Assembly (NCBI RefSeq): GCF_009914755.1
Contig: NC_060947.1
Length of the DNA: 64,000 bases
Strand: one strand, 5' to 3'
Source: the human T2T-CHM13v2.0 reference genome, Homo sapiens
Positions 45,711-60,441 of the stretch are shown here, piece by piece (position 1 is the first letter of the stretch; each line of letters opens with the position of its first letter). A program made the translations under genes and the position numbers. Under the pieces are notes generated by a model. It did no database searches. It had not been told where the DNA came from and saw only the letters and a list, made by a program, of their open reading frames with translations.

Positions 45711-47830
45711 TTGCATGTTTCTTTTGTTTTATAAAGATTCTTTTTTTGCTACTTTGATTATGTAAAATGAAAAAATGCCAAAGAGAAGTTCATAGAACTC
45801 TGGGGACAACTATTATGACCTCTGAGGTGATGCTCTCTTGGGCAGTTGAGCAGAGACCAGATTTTCCAGTGTAATCGTCCCCAAAATGCAGTTATCTTGC
45901 TCTCTTCGATGGCTCTGTCCCTTCAGGTCTAAATCCCACCTGCTGTAGAGGAGCCCAAGAAACTGAATGCAGTATAACTGCTTGAATGACGAAGGGGCTA
46001 AGTTGACACTGGCCTTTGAGACTTGTCCATTACTAGAGTGCCCATTATTGGCATGCCTTAAGCATCAGTCAGCAGCAGTCGCCCACTTAGGTCGGGCTTC
46101 TTCTGACAGTGTGTAAGACCCCACTGTGAGCAGCGACCTGAGGAGGCAGGAGGCAGTGCTTTGTTGCCTATTCCAGTCTCTCTGCTTTTCCAAGTATAAA
46201 ATGACAAGAGAAGAGCTTGTATCAAAGAAACACGGAATCAAAGAACCTTCGGTTTAGAAGGCACCTTAAAGGTCATCTCCACAGAGGCTGATGCTAGAAT
46301 CTTCTCTTAGCATCTCAGGGTGCTTTGTTTGGTGACAGGTGCTATGAAGCCTTGGGCAGTCCAGTCTCTTCTGGTGAGTTATCCAAGTGGCAGATACTCT
46401 TAGAAAAGATTGAGCCTGGGCCTGAAAGGGCAGCATTTGTGTATTTGCTGGGTCAGTCAATTGACTTTTACTCTTTATTTTTGTACTAGGGGAAAATTAA
46501 GGAGAGACTGAGATCGGTTTTCATTCTCCTTTCATTTCGTAGGTAGTGTATCCGAATAATCTAAGCACAGTCTCATCCTAGGGTTGTCTGACTTTTAAGT
46601 ACATTTGATTTTTGCGATTAGTATGTAAAATGCCCACTTGTCTCATTTAGATTTGGGGAGCAGTCTTTTAATTCTCCATTTAGGTACACATTTGAGACAA
46701 ACTTTGATTAAACTGAAATTTAGATATAAAGCCTTAGTGGGAGAGGAAGCCCACCTTTGTAATGACTCATGGCATCTTGATAGATGCCATATTAGAGTTA
46801 GGAAAGGATGATTCTATTTTAAATGACCACAAAAACTGAGCCTCTCAGGATTCACCAGACCTATAAAGCTCACAGGACAGTCAAGCATTGAACTGATGAC
46901 TCCTTAAAAATACGAGAAGGAGAAGTAAGCTAACAGAAGTTATTTGTTTTCTACCTGAGTGTTTCCAGTCCCTTGGCACAAAAGCCAGGGAAATGTGAGA
47001 TGCTGGTGAGCTGATCAACTTTGACTTTGTGGGATGTGCCATCTGGTACCTGATTTCGGGGCTCAGTGTGAGCCCCAAGTGATACTTGAGATAGGCTTAA
47101 AGCAGACCTTTGAAGTCACCTGCTTGATAGCACATCACAGCAAGCAGGCCTGTCTGCAGCACTGCCTGTGTCTCCGCCACATACCCGGAAGGCCACAGAA
47201 CTACCGAGGAATCCTGCCAGACTGATTTAATGACCAGCAGGGGAGGTGAGTAATCGCTAACCTTTAAAAGACAAGAAAAGGAAAAAAAGAAAATCAACAC
47301 CAGTTGTTATTTCTTACGGGAAGCCCTGAATAATATGTTGTGCTTGCAACTTCTGAATTCATATTTTGAACAAAAGGAGGCAGTGAGGAACTAGAAAAAG
47401 CTATTTTTATCTTCTTGCTCTCTAAGAAATCCTCTTGAGAATATTGTTTCTGCTATTTTGAAAGATCCCCATTGTTAGGTCTTCCACTTTAGGTTTAATT
47501 CATAGGCTTCAAGTACAGTTAAGATGATTTATGTAAGTGCAGTCGGTTATCTTGGGAGGTGATATCAGAAAAGGCTGATAGGGGAGTGGGGAAGTAAAAC
47601 AGTGAGTAGCAGGAAGCCAATCAAGAGAGTATTACTAAGCAAGTGTCTACTGTGGGCAACTGGGGCTCAGTCTCACTAGGGAACTCTGGGAGACACTGTA
47701 GAATGTGTTGGAGAAATCTCAGTTGTGGATAAAGAAGCTGAATATTTTCTCCCCAACTCCAGCCATCATCGGCTGATTCAACTACATTTAGAAGCATTAA
47801 ATTTCTGGCATTTTCATATGCTGTGTTTCT

Positions 47831-47833
<3 letters not shown>

Positions 47834-47901
<68 letters not shown>

Positions 47902-47903
47902 TT
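47834..47903. repeat. (TA)25 followed by T20, within an LTR16-like remnant (~47540-48010)
   Basis: Direct read. Confidence 0.92.
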
Positions 47904-49559
47904 AAAAGAATTGGGTACAGAGCTACAGGTGTTTGTGGCAAGCAACCTTAGCATGGAGAGGTGAGTGTGAGCTGAGACTATATGGGTGGGACCCTGAGAG
48001 CATCTGCCCTAAGGGTCTTATATTCATCTAGAGTTATACATCGAGAGATTTAGTGCCCCGTTTCTAGGGAATGGATATTCATCCCTTTACTCAACAAGAT
48101 GGCTATGACCCTGTCTCCATGAAGCTTACAGTTAAGAATCATCCAGCATAGCTATTTAGTTATTCCCAAGTTTGACAAGTGCCAGTGGATGCTGGTAAAG
48201 ATGACTCCAAACAGGGCCTAGACACCAACAGGATGTGTGGTTTTAGATGCCAGACCTCTACATTTGAGAGGCACATATTCATTCTCACCTTTATGAATAC
48301 AGAAGTCTGCAGGCCCCCATCTTCACACATCTACTTTTGTTGTTCTCCCTAAAAGTGCCCTCCCTCCTCTCTTTAAGGACCAGTTCACATGCCTTCTACT
48401 TTATGAGGCTTTCTCAGATTCATGGCTTCTTCTCTCCCTTAAATCTATTGGGCTTTCATTCTTATACACATTCTTTAATGCAGAGCTGTAGACTCTTATG
48501 TAATTTGCTATATTGTCATGTGATCGTTTCTCTTAAGAGAGGTAATGAACTCTTCAGGGGCAGGAACAATGTCTGACACTGCCAGATCTCTCCTAGAGCC
48601 TAGCATAATGTGGAGTTTGCAGCAGGTGCTTAATAAATTGTTACTGGTTTATAGCTTGTAAGATGGAAAATGTGCTCTGCCTCCCTATTGATTTATTTTG
48701 GTCAAATATAATTTTGCCTGGTAGCATGACCATGTGATTTCTTGTGCTCTATATTCATTTTTCATCTTTGACAAATCTTGGTTTCAAACTTGTTGATAAG
48801 CAATAAGCATCCATTCTGTTTCCAGATCTGCTGCCATTTATATGAGGAGAAATTCTTGGAAAACCAAATATCTGACAACCTTCTCTGGTCCAAGTACAGT
48901 TTGGGAGGGTATGAACTTGACCTCAGTCCCCAATCAGTGGTGCATTTCCATGTGGGAGGGTGGATCCCTGTGCAGTTCCCAGTGAGCACCCTGGAACCCA
49001 AGTCCCCACACTACACATTCCCTTATTTACTTAAAGAAAAGTCTCAAAACATTGGCCACACCCATATTCAAATGTAAATAGGAAACACACTTAAAAGAAA
49101 ACATCAAGGACAAGTGGTTTTCCTGACCATAGCACCAGTGTTCAGGAGATCACCATTCTGATGTTGCTTAGTCCCACTCTTCTTAAAAGTTAGCCCAGAG
49201 GAACAGAAAGTATTGTTCTAAGAGGCAAACTTAAAAGAAAATGATACTGGTACAAAATCAGCATATTTCTGTGAGTTTAATGGAAACACTAAAACTGCTA
49301 ATTTTTCAGCGTGGAAGATAAAGATTCCTTTACCCATTCCTCCATGAGGCTCTCCTGCTGTCACTAATACCATGGCTTTGTCAATTCTTTCTAATTGTCT
49401 CAAGAAAAAATAATGCATCTCTGCTATAGAGCTGTCATTATAAATGCTCAAGAACATTTTGTGATATTTATACCTTAATTGTATGAGGTTTGAGTTGTTG
49501 GATTTTGTTTTTGGTCTTGTGGTATAGGCAAGTAGTCCTACTGAGTAAAGATTGTTTGA

Positions 49560-49722
49560 TTGCTCTCAGACTTTCTAACATGCACACACGTCACCTAGGC
49601 ATCTTGCTAAAATACAGACTGATTCAAAGGGTCTGGGGTGGGAACTGCAAGTCTGCATTTCTAACAAGATCTGAGGTGATGCTGATGCTACAGATCAGCA
49701 GAACACACTTGGAGTAGCAAGG
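49560..49722. mobile_element. MER5-family element
   Basis: 'ggtctggggtggg...ctgcatttctaacaag...ggtgatgctgatgct...cacacttggagtagca'. Confidence 0.75.
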
Positions 49723-50849
49723 CTCAAATTTAACTGTTGTAAACAGAAAACTGGATTTAGAATCAGGAAAGCCAAGTTCAAGTTCCAGTTCTCCTAAGTA
49801 TGTATCTTTGGGCAAGTCACCTAACCTCCCTGAGAAACACGCTCCTTATTTGCACTGGGTGTAATAGCATCTCTTTCACCCACTTAAGGTAAAGATAGAA
49901 TGAGATAAAGTATGTGAAGGCACTGTGTAACCATAGCCTTCTGTAAAGTGTGTTATCATTATTACTATTTACTTTGAAAATGACTGCTATTTCCTCACAT
50001 GTGCCAGCTCTTTCAAAGCCATTATTGCCTGTTGAGTAATACACATGTAGCCACTTTTTTCTTTGATCCAACAGGCAATAATGGGTGCTCAAGCTACATT
50101 CAATACTCATATTGCCAATTTGTTGGTCTTTAATGACTCCATCTGAGTCATTACAGACAATTGGATTCAACCTACTGCTGAGCATGCAGCTCCTCTACCT
50201 GCAGAAAGTTCTTAGGCAGGCAGAGCTGCGGATGGGGATGGGTGCATTGCATTCCAGCACACCAACGTGGTTCCTCTGGGCTCAGAACCTACTCTTCATG
50301 CCTGATGGGGCTTTGCACACAAAAAAAGCCTTCACTTCCTGCCCAGGGAAGTGCCTTTTGAATTAAAGGTTCTGAGAGGCTGCGGGCTCTGGTTTCAGGG
50401 CTCTCCTCACCACATCTCACAGCACAGCATGCCAAAGAGGGATTCTCCAGTGATTTAGGTGAGAACGTTGATCATTCTCCTCTCTTACTGAATTTACATG
50501 ACTACAGTGTTTCCCTGGGAAATCTCGTCCACATAAGTAGATCTGCAAGCACTTCACAGGGAAGAGTGTCATCAGAATTGCCAGAGATCAGGAGCACCAG
50601 GCAAAGTGATAATTGTAAAGTCCTTTGAAACTGGAATGTTGCGAAATTTTGCAGACTGTGAATTTTGATCATTTAGTTCAGTGTGCTTCCCCACCTACCC
50701 CTTTAGAAAATTGCTTTTTATAGGATCCCAAAAGAAATCCACAATTATTCAGGCTCCACATCAAATCCACCAAAGAAGATTCCTCTGCCTAGCTGGTTCT
50801 CTATCCCTAATCTCTTCAAACAAAATTAACCTCTGTGTAAGTGAGGGTT

Positions 50850-51280
50850 AGCAGTACTTCTCAAACTTTGTACTTCTGAATTCCCTGGGAATTTCAGCAT
50901 GCAGATTCTGATTCAGTAGGTCTGAGGCAGTAGCCCTGACATTCTGCACTTCCAGCAAGCCCCCAGGGATATTGATGCTACTGGTCTGCAGACCACATTT
51001 TGAGTAGAGCAGTAGATTAGTGGATCTAAGGAACCTTGCTGAACCTTTGTATATCCTGACTACTCAGTTCTATTTAATTGCCTCTGTAAGCTAAAGTAGT
51101 GGCTCTCCAACTTGAGCAGATAGGCATTGGAGAACTTGTTCGAAACAGATTGTGGTCTCCACCCCAGAGAGTTTCTGAGTCAGTAGGTCTGGGGTGGAGC
51201 CTGAGAATTTGCATTTCTGACAGGTTCGCAAGGTGATGCTGTTCTTGCTGGTCTAGGGACCACACTTTCAGAGCCACTGC
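50850..51280. mobile_element. Two adjacent MER5-family elements (~50850-51010, ~51096-51280)
   Basis: 'gattctgattcagtaggtctgagg' and 'tttctgagtcagtaggtctggggtggagcctgagaatttgcatttct'. Confidence 0.75.
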
Positions 51281-51795
51281 TATAAAGTATCCTAGAAATT
51301 AGCTACCAGGACTACTTCCAAAAATGCAGTCTCTCTCTGTGGAATCTGGCCAATAAGATACAAGCAGGATGAAAAAGTTGTTTGCTCAGCACTTAATTCT
51401 GAATGATGCTATAATAGCTCTTCTACAAAGGGTATTAAATAAATCTGAATATCTGAAGTTTGCACTGTAAGGCAAGCATGTTGAACAGAGGGCCGTACTC
51501 TACTGCCTGTCTCCTGGTGTTGGAATTCAGGAGAAAAGGGCTGAGTAGAAGAAAGGACACCCTGAGATGGAGGAAGAGAGATACACCTCCCCCACAATAC
51601 ACACACACCATGGATGTCGTTGCTACCATCACATATGGGATTGCCAAAGCTTTCGTTCTTCCAAAGCCTTCCCATACAGGGTCATCTGCCATTTGCCTTT
51701 TCCAGAACTTCCTTTAAAGCAAATCAGATGGTACAGCAGGCACAAATAGGAGCTACATGCTGCATTTCTGAGACAGGGTCCCAGTACTGTGGTTC

Positions 51796-52293
51796 TGTTA
51801 AAGAACAAGTTACTCAAAACCCTTGTTAAAGAATGGTAAGGCAGAGTTTATTCAGCAGGAGCCACTGAGATGGTATAGGGACTACTGCAGTGGGGTTTTG
51901 CAGTAGGGGAGAGATCCGACCCACTCGGAATATGACAGGGAAGAGTGGGAATTTATAGCCAAGGAGCAGGATGGGGTCAGTGGATACAACATTATTAAGA
52001 GGAAACATCAGGGGGAAGGGGCAGATTCTAGCTAAACCAATCCGACAGGATTCTTGCTGAAAGCTGGCCAGGATGATCAGATATCATCTGAGAGATGGTC
52101 AGAGATGAATAATTTAGTCAGATATCTAGAATGATCAGATACAAAGGGTGGGGGATTATGGTTAAATGGATTTAGAAGAAGTCTTCCTAAAATTGGATGA
52201 TGTAAAGACAGAAAAGGAAATCTGAATGCCAAGGGTTAGTTGGTGAGAAGGTTCAGAGGAGCCTGACTAGAGTTTGGTAAAGGAGAGTCGTCA
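51796..52293 (-). mobile_element. MER31-like ERV1 solo LTR
   Basis: Reverse complement starts TGACGACTCTCCTTTACCAAACTCTAGTCAGGCTCCTCTGA and ends TAACA; AATAAA near the 3' end. Confidence 0.65.
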
Positions 52294-52759
52294 GTTGTCA
52301 GAGGTGAGGTGTCCACAGGGAGGACCCTGGCAACTAATGTTCAGTGTCAATTACTGTTTGATGTCAAGTGCTGTCAGAGAGAGGTGACAGTTGCAACCAA
52401 AATTCAGTGGGTACCAGTTTAGGCAGAGTGGAAAAAGCATTGCTTTAGAACCCAAAGTTTTGTGTTTGAGGCTGTGAACTATTAATGTGTCCTTGATCAA
52501 GTCAGTCACTTAACCTCTCTGGGAGGTCTCAATTTCTTCATCTATAAAATGGGATCAACAATATTATCATTGTGAAATCCACCCAGTGTTCTCTATTAAC
52601 AAATGCTTACTCTCCAGGAGAATGGACTTGCCAGAGCACGATTCTGAAACTTTATCCTAGGTTCTTTCCCATTTCAGCCCCCTTCAGCCTTTCTGCCTTA
52701 CCTAAGAGTTGGTGGGGGGAGAGTCAACAGGGGTCAGGGATTCAAAGAAATCAATTTGA

Positions 52760-55370
<2,611 letters not shown>

Positions 55371-55627
55371 CAGAGTAAGGGACAGCATGTCTACTACTCT
55401 GGGAAAATACATAATCCGACTCTAATAAGGGTACCTCTTACAGAAGTGTAGGGGTTAAATAGGAGAAGCAAAACACTGGAGATAGGGAGATGCCTTCTGT
55501 GCACCCAAGGAGCTGTTAAAGTCTGCAGGCAGAAGGCTTGGAATACAATAGCTGCAGAAAGAGAAGAAAGGACATAGATCAGACCACCATTTTCCAAAAT
55601 GTGTTCTAGGAAAGCTCCCTTTAGTGC

Positions 55628-55662
<35 letters not shown>

Positions 55663-56527
55663 CCTGTGTGGCCAAATAACTTTGGCAAACAATAGATGTG
55701 GTACCACCATCTCAGATCCTCATACTGCATGCACGTTATCATAGTAAAAGCTCTAAAAAGTTCCTCTGTAAAGAAACCTATTTAACTCTGTCCAGTTTGG
55801 CATTTCTCAAATCTATTTGAGATGAATATTTTTTACTTTTTTGGTGGCCCCTATCAACATCCCAAGAATCTAATGTGCCTCAGAACATACACTGAAAATG
55901 CCAGCCCAAAGATTGGGAGATAGAATTAATAAGACTTCAAGATAATTGGATCTGGGAGTCATCAAAGGGAAAAGGGTGACGTTGGCTTAGAAGTTTCCCA
56001 GCTGGGTGAGTAGAAAGAGGATGATGCTGTGTTAACCATTACAGGAAACAGGTGGAAGAACAAATTTGGAGAAAAGGATTCAGCTGTTGTATATATGCCA
56101 GTTGCAATACTCCCAAACCATTTATTTGCAAATCTTCAGGAGGCAGATGGAAATTAAGATCCGGAGTTTGAAGAAGAGGTAAAGTGTGAATGTGAACTGG
56201 AGATTGGTCAGTGTAAAGGTCACAAGTCAAACCATGGAGGTGGAATTCATTGCCCGTGAAGAATATATTCTGTTATGACAAGATCAGAAGTGCCAAAGAC
56301 AGTCTTGAGTAACATCAAATTTACAAAATAGGCAAAGGTAGAGAAGTCAGAAGAACACTGAGAAAAGCTAGGTCGAAAGATAGGAGGAGAGGAAAGAGTT
56401 GAGTCATGTAATTCATTATGGGAGAAAGAAAGGGTTTCAGTCAAACTACAAATATTTACTGAGTAACTTTGTTTGCCAGGCATATAGTAGAGGATGCAGC
56501 AGTGAAGAAACCATGCTCAGGCCTTAC

Positions 56528-56590
56528 CAGAGCCTACTGGATTCCCATGAAAATGGAATCCATATTTTCATGGGAATCCAGTAGGCTCTG
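56528..56590. repeat. Perfect 27-bp inverted repeat with 9-nt spacer
   Basis: CAGAGCCTACTGGATTCCCATGAAAAT (56528-56554) and its exact reverse complement (56564-56590). Confidence 0.95.
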
Positions 56591-57200
56591 TCTACTTTTC
56601 CTATCCTGATTCAAATGGGATGCCAGTATGACAACTCCTATGATTTGTCATGAATGGGAAACCAAGTGCCATCTTCAAAATTTCAGGTCTTAAATCTGGA
56701 GGAGGAAGCCAACATCCTTTTGGAGCCATGAATACTGTCCAAACTCCATCTGTTGCTCAGATTGGAATTTCGGTGGAATCACTGGACAGTATGGCTCAGC
56801 AGACTCCTGTAGGTAATGCTGCTCTATCCTCAGTTGACTCATTCACTCTGTTCACACAAAAGATGTTGGACAACTTACACAATTTTGCTTCATCATTTGC
56901 TGTCTCTCAGGCCCAGATGACACCAAGCCTATATGAAATGTTCATTCTGCAAAATATGTTTCTGAAATGGTACGAAAACTTTCAAAGATGACTAGCACAG
57001 AACCCTCTCTTTTGGAAAACATAATTTGAATAAAATAGTTTTTAATGGATTCTGAAATTTGTCATGTTTTGAAGATAACTGACTCCATTTAAAAGTATGA
57101 AGTCAAAGAATCATGAAACCTAGGTTTAAAAACTTCTTAGTGACTGAAGCTTAATTAAAATCTTTATTAAAAATTAAAAACATTGAAAATGGAAAAAAAA
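56587..57200 (+). pseudogene. 5'-truncated processed pseudogene of HIKESHI (C11orf73, Hsp70 nuclear import carrier)
   Basis: Intronless [36 protein letters not shown]...[18 protein letters not shown] matches recalled HIKESHI from about residue 53; three premature TGA codons; 3'UTR with ATTAAA and A-tail at 57193-57200. Confidence 0.92.
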
Positions 57201-58227
57201 TGCTAAACCATCTCAGGATATTTTTAGGTACTCCCTTGACTTTTTATTGTTGACTTAACTGGGTGCCGCTGCTCAGAGTTGAAGGAAATGAAGATTTAAA
57301 AAGTAGCCATTGAATTTATCTTCTTAGAACTCATTGTTGAGTTTTGGTTCAGCGCTAGGATAGAATCTAGACTGTAGTGGTTTGAGAAGTGAGTGGGAGG
57401 TGAGGAAATAAAGTTAGCAAGCACAAATCACTCTTTGAGGTATAGTTGGAGACATCAAATGCAAAGGGTTTATTAAAGAAGGGGAGATGTGGCAGAAGGT
57501 GGAAAGGACATGGGGTTAATGAAGCCTTTTTTAAAATATGGAAGAGACATGAAAATATTTTAAAACCCATGGGAAAGAATTAGTAGAGTTTGAGGACGTG
57601 GGAGAAGAAGGAATGAACTGTACTAGAAAGAAGGAAAGGAAAGATAAAACCCAGTGAAAGCAATTGACCTTAAAAAGAGAGAGAGCCATGGGCCTTGATT
57701 TTCACAGGAGGGCGAGAAGGGGAGTAGGTTTAGGTATTTATATGGTGGCAGCAAGTTGGTAATTCCCATCTGGCTGGGGTTTGCTCTGGAAGATAGAAAA
57801 CAAGGTCAGCAGCTGAAAATGAGTCTTGTCAAGTGCTAAAGAAAGAACATTCTAATATCTGTGAGCTTGGTGACCAACTGACAAGGGAATGAGAAGAGGC
57901 TAGGTCCTAATGTGGAAGCAATCTCTTTTACAGAATTTGAGTATGAAAGCAAAGGGACAGTCTCTCCTTCCCTTTTATCTCAAGATGAGCAAAAGTATAG
58001 AGAAGAAATTTAAGTGGAAGTTTGTTGAGAGAGTTCACATAGGGTATATTTAAATTTCAGAAGAAGAATATGGATTATAAAGTAAGAAAGAATTATTAAC
58101 TCCGAGAATTATTTGGCATTTGAATAGCTCATCAGAGGGGACTGGAATGACCTAGAATGGCTTAAATAGAGGTTGGGATGGTGTGACCTCCGAGGATCAC
58201 ATAGCCTTTAAATTTCATCACATATCT

Positions 58228-58604
58228 CAGTGGTTCTCAACCCTGGCTACATATTAGAATCACCGTAGTAACTCAAATATACTGTACCCAAGCCTTAAAC
58301 CCATGGATTCTCATTTCAATGGTCTAAAAACAGTGGCCTACTCCAAATACAGTCCACAGATTGGCAGCGTCAGTAGCACTGGCAATCGCCTGGGACCCTA
58401 TTAGAACTGCAGACTCTCAGGCTTCACCCAGACCTAGTAAATCAGAATCTGCATTTTAACAAGATCCTTAGCTGATTTCTACACATCTTAAAAGTCTGGG
58501 AAGCGCTAGACTAAAGCATGGTCTAAAGTGGGGCCCAAACTTAGGTACTTATTTGAAGCTCCCCTAGGAAACTCTAATGCACGGTTAGAGTTAGGAACTG
58601 CTGC
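58228..58604. mobile_element. Nested MER5-family elements
   Basis: Outer MER5 split by an inner MER5 (~58331-58510); ATGGTCTAAA repeated at 58319-58328 and 58518-58527. Confidence 0.65.
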
Positions 58605-58624
58605 TAGATAGAAAAAGAGATCAT

Positions 58625-58870
58625 TTTACAACTGTATTAAGCGCATGTGATAAAATCTCATTGTATTCTATATACACACAAAAAAGAATGCATGTAAAAA
58701 CTGGTGAAATCCAAATAAGGCCTGTCACACTGACCAAAGTCAGTTTTGTGGTTTTGCTAATTTACTATGGTAATGAAACATATTAGGGGAAGCTGAGTAA
58801 GGGATACATGGGAACTCTAAACTAATTTGCGACTTCTCATGAGTCTTAAAGGTTTTTTTGAAAAAATTTA
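58625..58870 (+). mobile_element. Old L1M (MC/MD-type) 3' end
   Basis: 'gcatgtaaaaactggtgaaatccaaataagg...ttaggggaagctgagtaagggatacatgggaactct'. Confidence 0.65.
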
Positions 58871-58875
58871 AGCTA

Positions 58876-59190
<315 letters not shown>

Positions 59191-60093
59191 AACGTAAGCT
59201 AAGAGATCCTACCTAAGATGAAGAGCAGCTGCTTTCCATCATCATCTGAGATGAACACGGGCTCCATCATTTATTCGTAGCGGAGCCATTCAAGGATTTA
59301 AAGCAGAGGAAAGACAGATTTGGATTTGTGTTTTAGAAAAATAAGTCTGGTGGCATATGAAGGGTAGATGGAAAGCAAAAAAAGCTAAGTTAGGAAGCTG
59401 TTTCTGCCATCCACATAGATTATAAGGGCTAGAAACCAAATCAGGAGCAATGGAAATGGAGTAGCAGAGGATGGATTTGAGAGATTTGGGAGGCAAAATC
59501 AACAAGATTTTATGAATGATGGAAGGGTTCTCAATCTTGACTGTGTGTTATAGTCTTCTGGGACGCTTTTTAAAATACAGATATCTAAACCCTCACCAAG
59601 AGATTCTGATTTAATGGTATGAGGGTGGGCCCAGGTATCTGAGTTTGTAAAGTTCCTCAGGTGGTTCAAATGGTCAGGGCTTACAGGGGCTAGATCAGAG
59701 ATTCAGGCCGAGGAAGCGGGAAGTACAGAGCAAGCCTCATAGGTTTTTAATCAAGTATTCCAGGAACCAGCATGGATGAGGAGGAGGTAGCAAAGATACA
59801 GCCTGGAAAAATTAGAGCGGTAGCCCTTCCTTTTCCATTTGTTTTATGTTGAGAAAAATCACAAAACTTTGAGTTAACGTGTGTAAAGCCATAATCCTTG
59901 CACCTTATCTATCTTCCCATGGCCTGTCTAGACAAACAGATTAAAAAAAAAAAAGTTCAGTTGTTTGTGCCATCTAAACATAACCTCAGCTTATTTTACA
60001 CAGAGAGAGAGAGAGAGAGAGAGAAACACACAACTTTCTTGTCAATCCCAAAATTTGAAGTACACAAATATATATATATATATATATATATAA

Positions 60094-60441
<348 letters not shown>

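Noticed and set aside
56650-56991. 113-aa HIKESHI-like ORF as an intact gene
   Set aside because: 5'-truncated, in-frame stops upstream and at 56989, ATG falls at a parental Thr codon; processed pseudogene
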